Source: Acidimicrobiales bacterium
Lineage (GTDB): Bacteria; Actinomycetota; Acidimicrobiia; Acidimicrobiales; CADCSY01
Length of the DNA stretch: 46,675 nucleotides
Direction of reading: 5' to 3'
Assembly: GCA_038256565.1 (NCBI GenBank)
Contig: JBBSKG010000003.1
Coordinates: forward strand, 1-46,675
Below, one piece after another: positions 42,088 to 46,675 of this stretch. The translations under genes and the position numbers were made by a program. Within the stretch, counting starts at the first letter, position 1. Every line of letters starts with the position of its first letter. The notes beneath the pieces are model-generated. The model was not told the origin of the DNA and searched no databases. It worked only from the letters and a program-made list of their open reading frames with translations.

Positions 42088-43665
42088 TCATCCAAGTAGG
42101 CGAGCGTTGTTGATCTGTGTCGAATATCTAGGACCAACTCGGCCATCTCCAAGATGAGTGATCCAAACAAGTACATGCGAACCAGACCGGCCATGTAGAT
42201 CAACCGAGATTGCGCCTGAAAGCCCTTCCTTGATCGCAACAGGCTCTCCCCAGCTAGCAAGGTCATCCTTGATTTCATTTGCGACATAGAACGAGGCTTG
42301 CCAACCAACAGTTGGCGTCTCAAGTTCTAGGGTTTCGACGCGGGTAGCTTGTTCGAGTGAGAGAATAAAACCAACACCTTGCTTGAACCCTGCGACATCA
42401 GGTTTTTGGTACCTTTCCGTGGTCCAACCGGTTTCTGGATTGTCATCGACGATGTGACTTAGTTTGTCGTCATGCTCGCCGCCGCTGCCGAAGGGGTCGA
42501 ATGAACTGACCCCCGCTATTGCCAATGGTTCAAGTGGCCCAACTTGAAGACCAACGCGTCCAGCGAGTCGATCGAGCAGCGATTGTCCTGGCCCGGTTGA
42601 CGCAAGGGCAAAAACAATTAGGGCCAAGGTGGCCGCCATGATTCCAAGAAGGGTCCAAGTTGAGCGACTTAATGCTCGTCGTTTATTGCCAGAGGTCTGG
42701 TTGCTGACGTTGGCAGCGAGCGCTGGTACACGCTGCATAGTGGTTGTGGCCGGCCCGGTAGTCACTAGAGGACGAAAACTTGTGGAGTCCTGGTCAAGAT
42801 CAACGGCGGCATCTCCAAGTGCTTCGATGAGGTGTCGAGCGCTTGGGTATCTGTCGTTTGGTTCACGCGTAAGACAGCAAAGGACGACGGGTTCAAGGGT
42901 GGCTGTAATGCTCGGATGGACTTGTCGAAGTGGCACTGGGTCTTGAGTTAGTCGGACGATGGCTGTTGCAGCACTGGAGTCGGCAACGAAAGGGGGTTGT
43001 CCGCAAAGCATCTCGTGAAGCACGATTCCAAGTGAATAGAGATCGCTGCGCGTGTCGACGTAGCCCCCCCCAACCTGTTCTGGTGATAGGTATTTCGCTG
43101 TTCCTACGACTTGATTGACTTCGGTGAGATCAGCATGCGATTCTGCCTTGGCGATTCCAAAATCTGTGATCAGGGCTTGGCCATGATTATCAAGGAGAAT
43201 GTTGCCGGGTTTGATATCACGATGAACCAAGCCCTGATGATGGGCATGATCGAGTCCTTCAGCTACCTGAATTGCGATATCGATTGCTATTTCGGGTGAA
43301 AGAACTTTTTCGATATCAAGGGTTTGACGAAGGGTTTGGCCCTCGATGAGTTCCATAACAATGGCCTCAACGTCTTGGCTGCAGGTGTCGTAAACCGAGA
43401 CGATATTTTGATGTGATAAACGGGCGGCGGCTAAGGCTTCTTGGCGAAATCGAGCGACGAATGAATGATTGGCTGCTAGGTGGGATAATAAAATCTTCAC
43501 AGCTACGGGTCTAGTTAAAACGTCATCATGAGCTTCCCAAACCTGCGCCATGCCTCCCTGGGCGACTTGGCGCGTTAATCGATAGCGACCCGCAATGAGG
43601 TCGCCAGCCTTAACCCCCGACCTCGGTGAGGGTGAAGAAGAAAAAGGTGGTGTGAATTCAGCCAC
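42088..43665 (-). CDS. Hanks-type Ser/Thr kinase with TM and extracellular beta-sandwich-like domain
   Basis: GGMAQV, VAVK, HRDIKPGN, DFGIAK, GTAKYLSPE, D.YSLG. Start uncertain (GTG 43665 chosen). Confidence 0.9.
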   Translation of the reverse strand: MAEFTPPFSSSPSPRSGVKAGDLIAGRYRLTRQVAQGGMAQVWEAHDDVLTRPVAVKILLSHLAANHSFVARFRQEALAAARLSHQNIVSVYDTCSQDVEAIVMELIEGQTLRQTLDIEKVLSPEIAIDIAIQVAEGLDHAHHQGLVHRDIKPGNILLDNHGQALITDFGIAKAESHADLTEVNQVVGTAKYLSPEQVGGGYVDTRSDLYSLGIVLHEMLCGQPPFVADSSAATAIVRLTQDPVPLRQVHPSITATLEPVVLCCLTREPNDRYPSARHLIEALGDAAVDLDQDSTSFRPLVTTGPATTTMQRVPALAANVSNQTSGNKRRALSRSTWTLLGIMAATLALIVFALASTGPGQSLLDRLAGRVGLQVGPLEPLAIAGVSSFDPFGSGGEHDDKLSHIVDDNPETGWTTERYQKPDVAGFKQGVGFILSLEQATRVETLELETPTVGWQASFYVANEIKDDLASWGEPVAIKEGLSGAISVDLHGRSGSHVLVWITHLGDGRVGPRYSTQINNARLLG

Positions 43666-43816
43666 AGCGGGTCTACCGTACCCTGGGAAAAGCTGTCGGG
43701 TATTTAGAGCCCCAACGGATAGGTGGGGCTCCATTGGATACAGGCGGTGTTTCGCCAGGCGAAGCTGGTGAAACGAGTCGTATTGTTCGCACAAGGTGAC
43801 CTATCCGCTGAACCTC

Positions 43817-45838
43817 TTAAGTAGGGTCAGGGCGAATCACTAAATGTTTAGCTCGACGAGTGGAGCGCCAATGACGAACCCACCACAGCAGTAAAAACGC
43901 TCCTGTTCCTAATGACAATAAGACCCCAACACCTGAAATAGCGGTAGAGCGAACTTCAAAGCGTCCCTCAACTAAAAGTAGTTGTCCGTCAGGCGTGGTC
44001 ACTTTGATAAGTAGTGGGAATGTTCCCGGGGTTCTATAGCGAACGGGAACTTCCAACGTAGTGTTGGCTTTGTTCAGGACGAGGGTCTTGGTGAATACGC
44101 CTGGTTGGTTAGCGTTGCCGTTGAGGAACTCCAATTTCTCACTCTCAAGTCGTAACTGAACCTTTGCCGGACTGCCTGGGCTGGTGTTAGTCAGGGTTAT
44201 GGGAACGGTTCCCTCGTGGTCGGTGAGTCGATAGGTCCCTCGATCAACGATGCGTATTCTTTCGGTGACATTGCTCACCAATTTTTGGGCTTGGACCACG
44301 TATTGACCGTGCTCTTGAGCGCTTAAGTTCGATGCGTCGCTTACTAGAAAAAGTCGTTTGGCAAGATTGACTTCTTTGTCATCTGGACCAATGAGCGTGC
44401 TAATTGATTCAAGATCTTCCCGGAGGTTTGTGTCAGTCGTATTGGGTGATTGTGATTTGCTTGGCTTAGTTCTGGTGAGTCGGCGAACCAGTGGAGCACC
44501 TTTGGCATCGGTTTCTCGCTCAACTTCTTCAAAGAGGCCATCAAGCGTTACGGGCTTTATTAGGGCTGGGCTGTTTACTAGGGAACTCAGAAGCGCTTTA
44601 AGTGCTTCGGGTATTGTTTCTGCGGGCACGCTGAGTACAACACCTCGTTGAGTTCCAGGACTATCGAAGTACAAGACTGCTAAATCGGCTATCAGGTGAT
44701 AGGCCCCAAGCACGGGGTCATCGTCATTTTTTAGGTGGTTCCCGAGGGCGGCGTCGATTGAAGCCGTTGTTAGTTCACGCCCTTGAACGTCTTGGAGAAC
44801 GAACGGACGCGTGAGTGTAAGCGATATAGATAAAGGCGCTAAGGCGGGTTCAGAAACAATCGCACGGTCGATTCCTAAGTCGATGAGTTCGCTGAGATTG
44901 CGATCGTTGAGTAAACCATCATGAACCCAGGTTCGTTCCACGGGTCGGCGTTTCAGATGTCGATTGAGGGCTGCGAGACCTTCAGTTCGTTGGGCCAGTA
45001 TGCGATCAAGTGAGGTAGATGTTTCTAGGGCGGGAAGGTCAAGGCTTACATAAGGCCTTGCAACCACTTGGCGTCCGTTAAGGGATTTTGAAAGAGCGGT
45101 TAGCGCAGGACTTTTGAGAGTTGCGAGAGCGTCAAGAGTTTCGGGAATTGGTGCCAAGGTGAGAGGTACCAACGAGAATTGTTCAAGAGTGCTAGCTATG
45201 GCCTCAAGATTTGATGTTGTTGTTTGGTCGAGTGCGACTGAACCCTTTGGAGTTAAGGCTGGCGTGGTGCCAAAGGGTTGTATCAACGCGACTCGAAGAG
45301 GAGGCGCATCGTTGGTATCGGGGGCTCGAATTAGGTGTGTTGCGAGAGACGCCACTTCTTTTGAGGAATCGATTCTTTGTATTGAAATAGAGACGGGGTA
45401 AACCCCCGGTTCAAGAGGAGGAAAAGCGTTGAGATCATCGGGTGCCCCCGCTGGTAGTACAGCGATGGTGAGTGGAAAGGAATCACTGTTTGAGCCACTA
45501 AGGGCAGGGATCGGTCGTGTAATTCTCCTCAGAGGCAGGCCGTTTGAGCCATCAAGGGTTTGGGCAAAACGTGACCGCGTAATTACTCGTTCATGAAGAA
45601 TTACCACTACTTGGGTGGTCTCTGGCTGCAAGATCTCGTTTAGTCCGAGTTGAAGTTCGAAAGCCTGACCCTGTCTAATGACAAGACTTTGATTAATCAT
45701 TTTCACAGATGAGGTCTCGGTCTGTCCCAGAACAGGAGATGGACTCATTATGAACAACGCTGCCATGAGTGTGACGACGCCGATCAACCAAGCTATGACC
45801 GATTGGTGTAGCGATCTCATACTAAAAGGCACCTGCAT
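43817..45838 (-). CDS. DUF6049-like secreted/membrane-anchored protein
   Basis: Signal-like N-terminus, PGVYPV, LAP.PETLDAL, PYV.LD..AL, C-terminal TM plus basic tail; typical position upstream of the sigM cluster. Confidence 0.7.
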   Translation of the reverse strand: MQVPFSMRSLHQSVIAWLIGVVTLMAALFIMSPSPVLGQTETSSVKMINQSLVIRQGQAFELQLGLNEILQPETTQVVVILHERVITRSRFAQTLDGSNGLPLRRITRPIPALSGSNSDSFPLTIAVLPAGAPDDLNAFPPLEPGVYPVSISIQRIDSSKEVASLATHLIRAPDTNDAPPLRVALIQPFGTTPALTPKGSVALDQTTTSNLEAIASTLEQFSLVPLTLAPIPETLDALATLKSPALTALSKSLNGRQVVARPYVSLDLPALETSTSLDRILAQRTEGLAALNRHLKRRPVERTWVHDGLLNDRNLSELIDLGIDRAIVSEPALAPLSISLTLTRPFVLQDVQGRELTTASIDAALGNHLKNDDDPVLGAYHLIADLAVLYFDSPGTQRGVVLSVPAETIPEALKALLSSLVNSPALIKPVTLDGLFEEVERETDAKGAPLVRRLTRTKPSKSQSPNTTDTNLREDLESISTLIGPDDKEVNLAKRLFLVSDASNLSAQEHGQYVVQAQKLVSNVTERIRIVDRGTYRLTDHEGTVPITLTNTSPGSPAKVQLRLESEKLEFLNGNANQPGVFTKTLVLNKANTTLEVPVRYRTPGTFPLLIKVTTPDGQLLLVEGRFEVRSTAISGVGVLLSLGTGAFLLLWWVRHWRSTRRAKHLVIRPDPT

Positions 45839-45920
45839 GACAACAGGAGGCTATCGACTCGGATGGTATCAGGGGACGTCGGCCTTAGTGAGTTGTAGGC
45901 TAAGAGGGTAAACTGGAGCC

Positions 45921-46675
45921 TTGACAGTCCTTCTCGCTGTATCTGAACGTTCCATCGATCACAACACTGGCCTTGGGCATCCCGAGAATTCTGCTCGCCT
46001 CAATGCCGTTTTGGCTGGGATAAAACGGTCTGGCGTTAGCGAAGCAACTCATTTTGTACCAGCACGGGAGGCGACTCGGGCTGAGCTTGAAATTGTTCAT
46101 TCGGCTTCTTACCTCGATGCCCTTGAGGGTTTCTGTCGAACTGGTGGTGGCAATATTGATGCTGACACGGTTGCCGTATCTGCTTCGTGGGACGCAGCGC
46201 TTATGGCAGCGGGTTCGGGTGTCGATGCTATCGAGCGCTTAGACCGGGGTGAGGGAGAAGCGGCCTTTTGTCTAGTGCGTCCTCCGGGTCATCATGCGAC
46301 CAGAACTCGCGCAATGGGTTTTTGTCTTATTAATAACGTGGCTGTTGCGGCTGGGGTATTAGCTGAACGTGGTGAACGTGTGATGGTGCTTGATTGGGAT
46401 GCCCATCACGGAAACGGCACTCAGGATATTTTTTGGCAAGACGGTCGAGTGCTCTACGTATCGCTACATGAAACCCCTCTTTATCCTTATAGCGGGACGA
46501 TTGATGAGGTAGGCAGTGGCGAAGGTTTTGGTCTTACCCTCAACGTCCCATTGCCTGCAGGAGTGACTGGTGATGTCGAGATGGCAGCACTTGATGAGGT
46601 AGTTGCTCCGCAAGTGGATCGCTTCAGACCCTCTTGGGTTTTAGTGTCAGCGGGGTTCGATGCGCATCGTAATGA
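45921..46675 (+). CDS. Histone deacetylase-family protein (3' end outside window)
   Basis: TTG 45921; GHPE..ARL, RPPGHHA, GFCLINN, DWDAHHGNGTQ, SAGFDAH. Confidence 0.92.
   Translation, partial: MTVLLAVSERSIDHNTGLGHPENSARLNAVLAGIKRSGVSEATHFVPAREATRAELEIVHSASYLDALEGFCRTGGGNIDADTVAVSASWDAALMAAGSGVDAIERLDRGEGEAAFCLVRPPGHHATRTRAMGFCLINNVAVAAGVLAERGERVMVLDWDAHHGNGTQDIFWQDGRVLYVSLHETPLYPYSGTIDEVGSGEGFGLTLNVPLPAGVTGDVEMAALDEVVAPQVDRFRPSWVLVSAGFDAHRN

Overview
Chromosomal origin region of an actinobacterium, most likely class Acidimicrobiia (inferred from gene content and order), in two compositionally distinct parts. Positions ~12.2-46.7 kb are lower-GC core: egtB-egtD, an SDR, a hydrolase-Fpg/Nei-ligC operon facing Prim-PolC, an orphan sigma-28/FlgN-like pair, tRNA-Ile, a Tad-pilin/M15-peptidase fusion, gyrA-gyrB-dciA-recF-dnaN-oriC-dnaA, rpmH-rnpA-yidD-yidC-jag-rsmG-parS-parA-parB, trxA/trxB, anti-sigma/SigM-like sigma/Ser-Thr kinase/DUF6049-like, and a partial HDAC-family gene. 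Positions 1-12.1 kb are a markedly GC-richer segment abutting the 3' end of tRNA-Ala. It carries a DUF6345-like two-gene pair, IS3/IS256 scars, toxin-antitoxin modules, an Fe3+ ABC transporter with IdeR boxes, amtB-glnK with a GlnR box, and several pseudogenes collapsed by deletion. Best candidates for something new: (1) a FlgN chaperone fused to a FlgL-like C-terminal tail, convergent with a FliA/WhiG sigma, both genes with sigma-28-type promoters and no other flagellar gene in the window; (2) the DUF6345-like protein with a caspase-fold-like His-Gly/Ser-Cys dyad and its coupled partner; (3) a Tad pseudopilin fused to an M15 peptidase behind gyrA; (4) a 45-aa membrane microprotein starting at the 3' end of tRNA-Ile. 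All family assignments are from motif recognition by eye; no searches were run.
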